Under the pieces are notes generated by a model, which worked only from the letters and a program-made list of their open reading frames with translations, ran no database searches and was not told the origin of the DNA. DNA of 64,000 bases, taken from positions 13,601 through 77,600 of the forward strand of contig JACQXY010000052.1 of the NCBI GenBank assembly GCA_016208485.1. The letters run 5' to 3'. The translations under genes were made by a program, and so were the position numbers. The DNA is from Acidobacteriota bacterium (GTDB lineage: Bacteria; Actinomycetota; AC-67). Positions 16,051 to 24,783 of this stretch are shown piece by piece (positions within the stretch are counted from its first letter, which is position 1; every line of letters starts with the position of its first letter).

Positions 16051-17189
16051 GACGCCTCCGTCCGCCGCCCGCGGCGCTCCGCCGCGCGGGTCAGGCGGCA
16101 GTACGCGCACGCGGCAGGCCCGCCGCACTCCCTCGCCCCGGGGGTCGGCATCCCGCAGACCGAGCAGTCGGCAAGGGCGCCGCCGCGCTCCTCCACGAAG
16201 CTCGAGGCCGCCCGGTCGAGGAAGCCGAGCACGAACTGCTGCCTGGTTCCCGGCGAGTGGCGCTCGAGGGATGCAATCGCCTCCTTGTAGCGGAGCTGGG
16301 TGTTCCCGGTGACGAGAGGGCACTCCTCGACCACGTACTCGATCCCGTTCAGAAACGAGTAGGCGGCCGACTCCCGCTCCGCGACCCGGTACAGCGGCTT
16401 CACCTTTCGCGCGAGGCGCGGGTGAGTGGACGGCAGGGCCGGACGCTGCCGGGCCAGGAACTCGGTGGACCAGTGCAGCACGTTGCCGAGCAGGGTCGCC
16501 GCCTCATCGTCGAGATTGTGCCCGGTGGCGACGACGTCGAATCCGCCCTCGACCGCCGCCGCGTTGATCAGGTAGCGCTTCGCCAGACCACAAACGCTGC
16601 AGGGAACCCGCCGGCTCTGTCGCGCGACCCCCTCGATCGTGAAACCGTCGTCTGCCGCTAGGTCCCGGGTCAGGAGATCGGCTCCCCGCGCCGCCGCGAA
16701 CCGCTCGCAGGCCGCCAGCGAGTCCCGCGCGTAGCCCTCCTCGGTCCCGAGGACCAGGTGGAATCCTGTCGTGGCGTATCCGAGGTCGAGCAGGATGTCC
16801 CACAGCGCGAGCGAGTCCTTCCCCCCCGACACCGCGACGAGGACCCGGTCGGCGCGCATGAGCATCTCGTGGTCCTCGATCGCCCGGACGACCTTGTTCT
16901 TCACGTAGCCGAGGAAGCAGCCCGAGCAGAACGCCGCGTTCGCGCTCGGCACGTCCATGACGGCCTTGGCGCGGCACCGCTTGCACTTGGTGAGCGCGCC
17001 GCCCGAGACGACCGGCCGCAGCTCGATCTCATCCTCCGGGGTGAGATCCTCCTCGCGCGCGAGCAGATCGCCGCCGCGAATGACCAGGACCGAATCGGGG
17101 TTGATCCCAAGCCGCCCGAGCAGGTCCCGGACCCGTCTCGGCCCGTCAACCTCCACGACCCGCGTCGGGTTCCGGAGCGTCACCTTCAT
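16047..17189 (-). CDS. Fusion protein: N-terminal ThiS/MoaD-like beta-grasp domain ending in GG, plus a TtuA/Ncs6-like PP-loop tRNA 2-thiolation ATPase
   Basis: Residues 1-64, MKVTLRNPTRVVEVDGPRRVRDLLGRLGINPDSVLVIRGGDLLAREEDLTPEDEIELRPVVSGG, follow a ThiS pattern. Next come CKRC...CSGC zinc-finger motifs, the PP-loop VAVSGGKDS, CSVCGLAKRY, ATGHNLDDEA and C-terminal CSVC...CAYC, as in TtuA. The start is the ATG at 17187-17189. Confidence 0.85.
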   Translation of the reverse strand: MKVTLRNPTRVVEVDGPRRVRDLLGRLGINPDSVLVIRGGDLLAREEDLTPEDEIELRPVVSGGALTKCKRCRAKAVMDVPSANAAFCSGCFLGYVKNKVVRAIEDHEMLMRADRVLVAVSGGKDSLALWDILLDLGYATTGFHLVLGTEEGYARDSLAACERFAAARGADLLTRDLAADDGFTIEGVARQSRRVPCSVCGLAKRYLINAAAVEGGFDVVATGHNLDDEAATLLGNVLHWSTEFLARQRPALPSTHPRLARKVKPLYRVAERESAAYSFLNGIEYVVEECPLVTGNTQLRYKEAIASLERHSPGTRQQFVLGFLDRAASSFVEERGGALADCSVCGMPTPGARECGGPAACAYCRLTRAAERRGRRTEAS

Positions 17190-17970
17190 GGGACGCCACG
17201 ATAGCCCCCCGCGCGCGCCTCGCGCGAGGGCCGGGATCCGGTGCGTCCCCGCCCTCCGCGCGCGCCGCGCTCCCGTTCGCCCCATAGAGGAACCACCCGA
17301 GCAGCGCCCACCAGAACGCCGGGAGCGCCTCGTCGCCCCCGCTCACCACCACCAGCGCGGCGCCCGCGCCGACCAGCCCGAACGCGACTGCCTTGCCGCC
17401 GGCCGCCGCCAGGCGGGTCGCCCGCGCGCGGTCGCGGGTGCGCGCCCACAGCGCGCTCCGGAGGATCCTGCCCCCGTCGAGCGGGAACCCGGGGACCAAG
17501 TTGAAGACCGCGAGCGCGAGGTTCACCAGACCGAGGAAGGCGAGCGCCTCGGCAACCCCCGGCGATCCCACGGCGCGCGAGATCCCCACGAGCGCTCCGG
17601 CGATCAGCAGGCTCGAGAGGGGGCCGGCCACGGCGATCCGGTACTCCGCGGCCGGCCGCGGTGCCTCACCCCCGATCGCGGCGACGCCGCCGAACACGAA
17701 CAGCGTGATGCGTTTCGCCTCGAGGCGGTGCGCGCGTGCGACGACGGCGTGGGACATCTCGTGGGCGAGCACGCTTGCCGCGAACGCGAGCGGGAAAAGG
17801 GCCGCAACCGCCCAGCGCGCGGCCGCGCCCGACGCAAGACCGGGAGCGAGCTCTCGGTGGGCGAGGAACGCGACCAGCGCGAAGCTCGCGAGCCAGCTCG
17901 GGTGCACGACGATCTCGACCCCGAGCACCCGCAGGAGCGCCCGGGGGGCCGTCCGCGACCGCCGCGACAT
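17146..17970 (-). CDS. Site-2-protease-family (M50) membrane metalloprotease
   Basis: It carries HEMSH (in LAHEMSHAVVA) and NLVPGFPLDGG in a polytopic membrane protein. Its 3-prime end overlaps the next gene by 44 nt. Confidence 0.85.
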   Translation of the reverse strand: MSRRSRTAPRALLRVLGVEIVVHPSWLASFALVAFLAHRELAPGLASGAAARWAVAALFPLAFAASVLAHEMSHAVVARAHRLEAKRITLFVFGGVAAIGGEAPRPAAEYRIAVAGPLSSLLIAGALVGISRAVGSPGVAEALAFLGLVNLALAVFNLVPGFPLDGGRILRSALWARTRDRARATRLAAAGGKAVAFGLVGAGAALVVVSGGDEALPAFWWALLGWFLYGANGSAARAEGGDAPDPGPRARRARGAIVASHEGDAPEPDAGRGG

Positions 17971-18004
17971 GACGCAGGCAATGGTACCCGGGCGGGCGCG
18001 GGGT

Positions 18005-18463
18005 TCAGTAGCGAGTCACGGTCGCGGTCCCGTTCGCGCAGAACGTCACCGGAAGGCACACGCCGAAGTCCGTGGAGGTGGGCGAGAGCTGCCTCGGCAC
18101 CGGACCCAGGAACAGCATCGCCCCCATGAGCCCGGAGATCTCACCGCCTCTTGCCGGAGACCAGGTGCCCTGGAAGAGGCCGTGGCCGGCCACGAGGCAC
18201 GCCGGGGACAGCGGCGACCCATTGGATCCCGCGCGCAGGGTCGTGACCGAGAAGAACCACTCCCCCGGCTGAGTGGGGTCGGTGACGCCGGAGATCACCA
18301 CGTGATCGCTCCCCGATGGGCACGATGCGAACGTCGCCGAGGCCGTCGCGACGAGCGCGCCCGACGAGCCCGAGGCCAGGCCCCCGGCGGGAAGGAGGAT
18401 CCCGAGCGCTATCAGTGCGGCCGCGACGGCGGCGCGCGCGCGCCGGATCCCGATCCTTTTCAT
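18005..18463 (-). CDS. Small secreted Cys-containing hypothetical protein
   Basis: 152 aa with a signal peptide (MKRIGIRRARAAVAAALIALGILLPAGGLASG). It ends ...ANGTATVTRY. Its size and layout resemble the next gene. Confidence 0.6.
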   Translation of the reverse strand: MKRIGIRRARAAVAAALIALGILLPAGGLASGSSGALVATASATFASCPSGSDHVVISGVTDPTQPGEWFFSVTTLRAGSNGSPLSPACLVAGHGLFQGTWSPARGGEISGLMGAMLFLGPVPRQLSPTSTDFGVCLPVTFCANGTATVTRY

Positions 18464-18520
18464 CGTCTTGGAAAACGATAGGACCGGGTCGGCGTTTCCC
18501 TCGAAAACCGGCAGGCCCGG

Positions 18521-18961
18521 CTAATAGCCCGCTAAGGTGGCCTCCCCCGCGACGCCGAAGACGATCGGGATCCAGAAGCTGACCGGGACGCCGGACCTGG
18601 TCTTCCCGGAGCCGGGGAGGGGGGGTTCGATGCACAGGGAGCTGCTCCCGCTCAAGACACAACCGGTGTCCGGATCCATATTCCCACTGATCTGGGCGGC
18701 CCCGCCGCCGGAGCAAATGTCGTTCCCTGATGGCCCAGCCAGCACGTCGACGATCGCGAAGGTCCAGTGCGTCCCCTTGTCGTTGCGCCCCTCGAACTGG
18801 AAATGGTGCTTGTCCGGGCACGCGGTCCCGGGCCCGGTGCCGGTCCCCCATCCGACGAGAACGCTGGAGGCCGCCGCGGCAGGCGGGACGAACCGCGGGG
18901 TCGCAACCAGAAGGGCCGCAACCCCGACCCCTACCCACCACGCGCCCCGCCGCTCGTGCAT
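18521..18961 (-). CDS. Small secreted Cys-containing hypothetical protein
   Basis: 146 aa with a signal peptide (WWVGVGVAALLVATPRFVPPAAAAS). It ends ...VAGEATLAGY. It may be a distant paralogue of 18005..18463. Confidence 0.6.
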   Translation of the reverse strand: MHERRGAWWVGVGVAALLVATPRFVPPAAAASSVLVGWGTGTGPGTACPDKHHFQFEGRNDKGTHWTFAIVDVLAGPSGNDICSGGGAAQISGNMDPDTGCVLSGSSSLCIEPPLPGSGKTRSGVPVSFWIPIVFGVAGEATLAGY

Positions 18962-19096
18962 GCCGGTTGGCCCTCCCGCTCGGCTGCGGGCGGCCTACAG
19001 CAAGAGTTCGACGCGGGGCCAGGGCTTTCCTTCCGGGGCCCGGCCGGCCGGGTGGGAGGAACGTGGAAGAACGGGTCGAGGGACGGGGCGCCCCAG

Positions 19097-20008
19097 CTAC
19101 GGGGCGAAGATCCTGGGGGAGGCGCACCGGCAGGGGTAGGCGGCCCGGAGCCCCAGGACGTCTCCCAGCCCCAGGGTGGACTGCTTCCTCTCTCCGGGGG
19201 TCCCCACCTCTCCGTACATCGTCAGCTCCCTGGCCGGATCGGCCCCGAGGTCCTGAAGGCCGAGCCAGTGTCCGAGTTCGTGGGTGACAACGGCCTGGAC
19301 GTCCAGGTACCGGACCACCGGGTATGACACGGCCGTGCACGAGCCGTCCCTCTGCTCACAAGACTTCCAGTTCCAAGGAAAAAGGGTGTTCAGCACGATG
19401 TCCGCGCCCTTCACCTTGTTGCCCGGGTGATAAACGGTCGCCACGGCGACCTCGCTCGTCCCGGTGATCTCCCAGTCGATGACCGACCACTCGTCGAGAG
19501 CGGCATGCCTGGTGGTTCTGCCCCCGTACACCAGGCGGATCCGCGGGTTGGCCGCCATCCAGCTCTTGGTCGCCGCGAGGATCGCCTTCTCGGCGTCGTC
19601 GGCGGAAAGCCACTGCTGGCCGTCGGGGTTGATCAGGAACTCGATCGTGGCGTTCCCCGCGCGGTCTGCCGGCAAGCGCCACGGCTTGAGCTCGTAGAGG
19701 CCGCAGGTCTTCGGAGCAGGGCACTTCGAACCCCTATCGGCCGGCTTCGCCCGCGCCGGCGTGCGACCGCCGGCTCGCCGCCCGAGTGCCCGACTGGTCC
19801 CGCCCGACCGGAACACCGACACCGCGGTCTCGCCGGGCCCCCCGAGGCTGCGACCGGCAGGGTCGACCGCGGCAATCCTCTCCAGACGCTGAGGCTCGGA
19901 TCGAGGTGCCGCCTCCGGGGTGACCGGGCCCCCGACGTGGGCCCCGAAGACGAGAAGAGCCGCGGCCAGCCCGGAGCCGGCCTCCACGGCGCTTCGTCCC
20001 CACTTCAT
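19097..20008 (-). CDS. Secreted metzincin-type zinc protease (snapalysin/matrixin-like)
   Basis: I trimmed the start to the ATG at 20006-20008 (MKWGRSAVEAGSGLAAALLVFGA, a signal peptide). The zinc motif VVTHELGHWLGLQD fits HExxHxxGxxD, and LTMYG is a candidate Met-turn. Confidence 0.8.
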   Translation of the reverse strand: MKWGRSAVEAGSGLAAALLVFGAHVGGPVTPEAAPRSEPQRLERIAAVDPAGRSLGGPGETAVSVFRSGGTSRALGRRAGGRTPARAKPADRGSKCPAPKTCGLYELKPWRLPADRAGNATIEFLINPDGQQWLSADDAEKAILAATKSWMAANPRIRLVYGGRTTRHAALDEWSVIDWEITGTSEVAVATVYHPGNKVKGADIVLNTLFPWNWKSCEQRDGSCTAVSYPVVRYLDVQAVVTHELGHWLGLQDLGADPARELTMYGEVGTPGERKQSTLGLGDVLGLRAAYPCRCASPRIFAP

Positions 20009-20045
20009 CGACTGACAAACGAGGCTGGGACCTCGGGGGTTGCGG

Positions 20046-21074
20046 TCAGCAGACACCCTCCGGGGCGGCCATGAACTTCGCGTAGCAAGGCGCGCTCTCG
20101 CCGAGCGAGTCCCAACCCGAGCCCTTCTCGTTCCCCTCCTGCCGTGGGGCCGCGTAGGGCGCTTTCCGAGTGGGGTCATCCGTTCTGCCGACCGGGGAGT
20201 CGGAGTCCGGGTCATCTGATGATGGCTTGACCTCTCCCTGCCTGGAGACCGTGCCGCCCGCAGGCTGCGCGGCCTTCCCGACGGGACGCTTCCCGCCCAG
20301 CGCCGTCGCGACCCGGCCGGAGAGCTCGCGCCCATCGGCGACCGCCCGCCGAAGAGCCGGGCGAATGTCCACGGAGGCCGTTCCAACCAGGGCCTCGAGC
20401 CGGTCGTTCTGATCGGTCAGAATCGCCTGAGCTCGCGTCAGCGCACCCCGATCGCCGGAGCGAATGATCTCGTTGATCCCAGCGACCTGGAAGCCGCCCA
20501 TCATGGCGATGGTCGGAGCGACCAACCGGTTCTGCCCGAGACTCATGACTTCGTCCACTTCAGCAAGTCGCTTGCCGGCCCGGCCGAGGTCGCAAACCCC
20601 CCTGGACGCGCCGGAACTCAGCGCGCAGCGCAGGGCCTCGACCCGCAGCTTCGCTCCGTAGAGCGGGCTGCCGGGGAGAGCGGTCGGCACCATCGCCATC
20701 GGGAGCGCGAGCGCGAGAGCCGCCGCGATCGCCGCCACCATCGCCTTGCGCAGGACCACGCGCCGGCGCGGGAGCGGGATCACCGGGGACGGCTTGACCG
20801 GCCGCTCGGTGGGGACCTCGGTCCCACAGAGGGTCCCGGAGGGGGTCCTGGAGGGGACCGCCCGCAGGGGCCGCTCGACCGGAAGGGCCTGGTCCATCTC
20901 GGCAAGCAGGCGCGCCTCGAGCCTCGCCGCGAAGCGGGGGTCGATGCCGGGGTCGGGCAGCCCGGCGAGGCGCTCCGCGAGCGCCATCAGCCGGCCCACC
21001 TCGGGGGACGCAGCCTTGATCCGGCCCTCCAGGGCCAGATCAAGCGCCAGCTCCTCACTCACCCGAGCGCTCAT
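20046..21074 (-). CDS. Membrane-spanning anti-sigma factor, RsdA-like architecture
   Basis: The ATG overlaps the sigma-factor stop as ATGA (21071-21074). It has a cytoplasmic N-terminal helix region, one TM helix (AMVAAIAAALALALPMAMV), then PGSPLYGAKLRVEAL, which resembles the extracytoplasmic start of mycobacterial RsdA. Confidence 0.7.
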   Translation of the reverse strand: MSARVSEELALDLALEGRIKAASPEVGRLMALAERLAGLPDPGIDPRFAARLEARLLAEMDQALPVERPLRAVPSRTPSGTLCGTEVPTERPVKPSPVIPLPRRRVVLRKAMVAAIAAALALALPMAMVPTALPGSPLYGAKLRVEALRCALSSGASRGVCDLGRAGKRLAEVDEVMSLGQNRLVAPTIAMMGGFQVAGINEIIRSGDRGALTRAQAILTDQNDRLEALVGTASVDIRPALRRAVADGRELSGRVATALGGKRPVGKAAQPAGGTVSRQGEVKPSSDDPDSDSPVGRTDDPTRKAPYAAPRQEGNEKGSGWDSLGESAPCYAKFMAAPEGVC

Positions 21075-21844
21075 CGTTCGCCATCCACATAGCCGTAACG
21101 AGCCGCCTCAGGCTCCGTTCTACCCTTGCCTCGCCCATTTGTGGGGGTCCGCACCCCGCGGGGGGACACGCCGGAGACGAGGCCCTCGAGGACCGCCCGG
21201 CTGACCAGGATCTTCTCGAGGGTCTTCAGGCCCCGGAACTGCAGGGTCCGGACCGTCCCCTCCTTCTTGCCCATGATCGCGGCGACCTCGGACACCCCCA
21301 GGCCCTGCAGGAACCGCAGGGTGATGACGTCGCGCTGGTCGGGCCGGAGCTTGGTGATGGCCTTGTAGACCTCGGCCTGGGTGAGGTTCTCCATCACCGC
21401 GGTCTCGGCCGTCTCGACCTCCCCCGCCTCCTCGGGAAGCTCGTCATCGAGGATCTCCAGCCGCGCGCGGCTCGACTTCGCCTCGTCGAGGATCAAGTTG
21501 CGTGCGATCCGGAGCAGCCACGCCCCGAAGTCCGCGCCGGTCCACGTGAAGTCGCCGATCTTGCGCAACGCGCGGAGGAAGACCTCCGCCGTCATGTCCT
21601 CGGTGCGCGTCCGGTTGCCGAGCCGGTAGTAGAGGAACTTGTAGACGTTCGGAAGGTACTGCCGGTAGAGAGCCGCGAATGCCTCGCGGTCGCCGGCCTT
21701 GGCGCGCGCGACGAGAGCCTCGGCTTCAGACGGAGGAGACGAGAGGGAGACGGAGAGATCGCCCGAGGCGACCGTGATGGAAGAAGCCGCCTCCTGCTCG
21801 AGGTCCGGCTCTTCCGTTGCGGCGATGCTCGCTTCTGATCGCAT
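21071..21844 (-). CDS. ECF-type RNA polymerase sigma factor (SigD-like)
   Basis: Region 2 reads DREAFAALYRQYLPNVYKFLYYRLGN...AWLLRIARNLILD. Region 4 reads LRPDQRDVITLRFLQGLGVSEVAAIMGKKEGTVRTLQFRGLKTL. I set the start at the ATG at 21842-21844. Confidence 0.88.
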   Translation of the reverse strand: MRSEASIAATEEPDLEQEAASSITVASGDLSVSLSSPPSEAEALVARAKAGDREAFAALYRQYLPNVYKFLYYRLGNRTRTEDMTAEVFLRALRKIGDFTWTGADFGAWLLRIARNLILDEAKSSRARLEILDDELPEEAGEVETAETAVMENLTQAEVYKAITKLRPDQRDVITLRFLQGLGVSEVAAIMGKKEGTVRTLQFRGLKTLEKILVSRAVLEGLVSGVSPRGVRTPTNGRGKGRTEPEAARYGYVDGER

Positions 21845-22064
21845 CCTCAAAGCCCCAAGCGACTCGCCCGCAGGCGGCCGCCCCTCCTGAGGACCTATTC
21901 GCCGTCTCCGGCGTCGTTCCTGCCAACGACACAACACTGACCCGTGTTACGGGGACAGTCAAGGATTATTGTGAAGATCCGCCGAGACTGGCCCCTCGAA
22001 CGGGTTTGAAGGGGTTTCCGCGCCGGAGGCCATCCCGCGCCGCTCTTTGTCCGGTTCTGCGCGA

Positions 22065-22901
22065 TTACACCCTGGAGAAAGCGCAGATGAGATCCCGCGC
22101 GAGCTTCGCGGCCGCGAGCGCCGAGGCGCCCGAGGAGTCGATCGGGGGAGCCACCTCCACGAGATCGACCGCGACGATCCGAAGGTCGGCGATCCGAAGA
22201 AGAGCCTCCGCCACCTCCCGGAACCCGGGGCCCCCGGGCTCGGGCGTTCCGGTGCCGGGCAGCACCCCCGGGTCGAGCACGTCCATGTCCACGCTCAGGT
22301 GAACCGGGCGCCCTTCGAGCGCCCGCCGGGCCTCATCGGGGAGCCGCAGCCCTCCGGTGAACGCGAGGAGCAAGCCCCTTGCCTCCGCCCATTCCTCGCG
22401 GCTGCCCGAGCGCACACCGAGCAACGCGACCGGTCCGTCCTCGGCCATCCGCCGGACGGCGCACGCATGCGACCACGGGCTCCCGTCGTACTCCGGGCGC
22501 AGGTCCATGTGAGCGTCCAAGACGACGTGACCAAGGTCGGTGTGCGCGCGCCGCAGACCGCGGCTCGTGCCGATCGAGACGCTGTGATCGCCGCCGAGCG
22601 ACACCACGAGAGGGACCTCGCGCGCGAGTCGCTCGGTGGCCTCCGCGATCCGCTCCACGACCGCCTGCGGTCCGGCGCCGGCGAGCACGACGTCGCCAGC
22701 GTCGTGGAGGGCGATGTCCTCGAGATCCCGTCGCGCCGCCGGCGACCAGGACTCGAGGGAATCGGACACGGCCCGAACCACCCTCGGGCCCTCGGCGGCA
22801 CCCGCGCGAAAAGACACGCCTCCGTCGTAGGAGATCCCCTGGATCGCGACCGCCGCACCCGCAAGCGGCGCGTCAGCGCAGAGGAACCGCGCCGTGCTCA
22901 T
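22065..22901 (-). CDS. speB: Agmatinase / ureohydrolase (arginase family)
   Basis: The Mn-binding motifs of the arginase fold are present: SLGGDHSV, VLDAHMDLR and SVDMDVLDP. It is the last gene of the polyamine operon. Confidence 0.88.
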   Translation of the reverse strand: MSTARFLCADAPLAGAAVAIQGISYDGGVSFRAGAAEGPRVVRAVSDSLESWSPAARRDLEDIALHDAGDVVLAGAGPQAVVERIAEATERLAREVPLVVSLGGDHSVSIGTSRGLRRAHTDLGHVVLDAHMDLRPEYDGSPWSHACAVRRMAEDGPVALLGVRSGSREEWAEARGLLLAFTGGLRLPDEARRALEGRPVHLSVDMDVLDPGVLPGTGTPEPGGPGFREVAEALLRIADLRIVAVDLVEVAPPIDSSGASALAAAKLARDLICAFSRV

Positions 22902-23799
22902 GCTCCTCCGGGCTCGGCCCGAAGGACCGCGGGGGGCCGGACGGCGAGACGACGTCCCGCACGAACGCGGGAAGAGCGAAGCAGCCCCCGTGAACCTCGG
23001 GGGTCCAGTAGCGCGCGGCGATCCCGCGAGCGGCCGCGCGCGCGGCCGCGGAGTCCGGGTCCACGTCGAGGCTCTCGCCGGCGAGCAGGAAGCTCCACAG
23101 GGTGCCGGGATACGTGGGAACGGACGCGAGGTAGGGACGCACGTCGGGGAAAGCCGTAGACGCGTTCGAGAACGCCGTGTGAAGCTCCGCCTGGAGGAAG
23201 AACGGCCCGCCGGACTGGGCGGCGAGTACTCCGCCGGGCGCGAGGCGGTTCCGGCAAGCGCGGTAGAACTCCGGGGAGAACAGCACCACGCCGGGTCCGA
23301 CCGGGTCGCTCGAATCGATCAGTATCGCGTCGAAAGCCTCCCGCGACTCCCCCACGTACGCGGCGCCGTCGGCGACCACCAGCTCGGCGCGCGGGTCGCT
23401 CAGGGCGCCGGCCGCGATGGCCGGAAGGTGCTTGCGGCACGCCTCGATCACCGCCGCATCGATTTCGACCATGACGGCGCGCTCCACGGTCGGGTGCTCG
23501 AGTACCCGGCGAAGCGTCCCACCGTCGCCCCCGCCGACGATCAGCACGCGCCGGGGCTCGGCGACGCAGAGCAGGGGCAGGTGCGCGAGCATCTCGTGGT
23601 AGATGAACTCGTCCACCTCGGTGGTCTGGGTCAACCCGTCGAGCACGAGCATCCGGCCGAAGGTCTGGTGCTCGAAGACCTCGATCCTCTGGAAGAGGGA
23701 GCGCTCCTCGTGCAGGAGCCGTCCCTCGTAGGCGTAGGAGAACCCGACCGCGGCCGGTTCGCCGAACCGTGCCGGTCCCGCCTGGGGGCGGCCGGTCAC
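22873..23799 (-). CDS. speE: Spermidine synthase-type aminopropyltransferase
   Basis: SLFQRIEVFEHQTFGRMLVLDGLTQTTEVDEFIYHEMLAHLPL...VLIVGGGDGGTLREV...DAILIDSSDPVGPG are SpeE signatures. The GTG (23797-23799) overlaps the speD stop as GTGA. Confidence 0.92.
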   Translation of the reverse strand: MTGRPQAGPARFGEPAAVGFSYAYEGRLLHEERSLFQRIEVFEHQTFGRMLVLDGLTQTTEVDEFIYHEMLAHLPLLCVAEPRRVLIVGGGDGGTLRRVLEHPTVERAVMVEIDAAVIEACRKHLPAIAAGALSDPRAELVVADGAAYVGESREAFDAILIDSSDPVGPGVVLFSPEFYRACRNRLAPGGVLAAQSGGPFFLQAELHTAFSNASTAFPDVRPYLASVPTYPGTLWSFLLAGESLDVDPDSAAARAAARGIAARYWTPEVHGGCFALPAFVRDVVSPSGPPRSFGPSPEEHEHGAVPLR

Positions 23800-24140
23800 G
23801 GGATGAGGCCGCGGCGGATCTCGGCGATCTGGATGCGCTGGGGCGAGAAGTACTTCTTCAGGGTCTCGATCCCCGCTTCGGCATCCATCTTCTCGCTGCA
23901 CGTGAAGAGATCGACCGCCGCGTACCCGTGCTCCGGCCAGGTATGAATCGTGACGTGGGACTCGGCGATGATCGCGACGCCGCTCGCCGCGCGATTCGGG
24001 AACGGGACGACGCGCACGTCGAGGAGCGTCCCGCCGCTCGCGCGCACCGCCTCGACCAACGCCTCCTCGATGATGTCCGGCCGATCGAGGTTCTGGGCTT
24101 CCCACAATTCGACGAGGTAGTGCCGTCCAAGAGAGTTCAT
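23796..24140 (-). CDS. speD: S-adenosylmethionine decarboxylase proenzyme (small pyruvoyl type)
   Basis: MNSLGRHYLVELWEAQNL...GVAIIAESHVTIHTWPEHGYAAVDLFTC contains the ES|H self-cleavage site and TWPE. I prefer the ATG at 24140, which follows GGAGGGGGTGAAGG, over the track GTG at 24158. Confidence 0.9.
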   Translation of the reverse strand: MNSLGRHYLVELWEAQNLDRPDIIEEALVEAVRASGGTLLDVRVVPFPNRAASGVAIIAESHVTIHTWPEHGYAAVDLFTCSEKMDAEAGIETLKKYFSPQRIQIAEIRRGLIP

Positions 24141-24145
24141 CGCCT

Positions 24146-24604
24146 TCACCCCCTCCACAACACCGCGGCCGCGACCGCGCTCCCGATCCGCTCCACCGTG
24201 TGCTCCGCCGTCGCGAATTGAATCTCGTAGGGCTCGAGGCCGCGCGCGCGCATGCCCTCCTCCACCATGGCCCGGACGCGCTCCTCGATCTCGGCCGCCG
24301 AGTAAAGGCCGTGCTCCTCCATCAGCACGCCGCCGCGCGCGGTCATCCCCACGCCGACGCAGGAGGCGATGGTCTGCCCGGGCACGCTGCTCACCGCCTT
24401 GGCGTAGACGGTCGGCGTGAGAGCGCCGGTGGCGATGTCGGGGAGCGGAGCGAGCTTGGCGCCCGCTGGGAAGATGCTCGAAACCTGAATGTGGTTGAGG
24501 TGGCCGATGCCGGCCTTCAGAAGAGCGTTATCGAACGCATTCAACTCGGAGTCGCCCTCGGCGGCTCCCCACACTAGGCAGACCCTGGACGGAAGCCCGT
24601 ACAT
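24146..24604 (-). CDS. pdaD: Pyruvoyl-dependent arginine decarboxylase
   Basis: MYGLPSRVCLVWGAAEGDSELNAFDNALLKAGIGHLNHIQVSSIFP is the PdaD family pattern, including the VSS self-cleavage site. The ATG at 24602-24604 follows GAAGGGGGTGGG. Confidence 0.85.
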   Translation of the reverse strand: MYGLPSRVCLVWGAAEGDSELNAFDNALLKAGIGHLNHIQVSSIFPAGAKLAPLPDIATGALTPTVYAKAVSSVPGQTIASCVGVGMTARGGVLMEEHGLYSAAEIEERVRAMVEEGMRARGLEPYEIQFATAEHTVERIGSAVAAAVLWRG

Positions 24605-24783
24605 CCCACCCCCTTCAACCCCCGCACGTTCGGCGGGCCGGCACGCGCACAATCACGCGGCCCCCCATCGGAGCCACGTGACGGGAAAGGTGTAACCTAC
24701 TCGCGCCTCCAACGCAAATAGGTTCGGCGACCGGCACCCCGAATCGGGACCCGGTGGACGGTGAGAACGGGGAAACCGACTCG

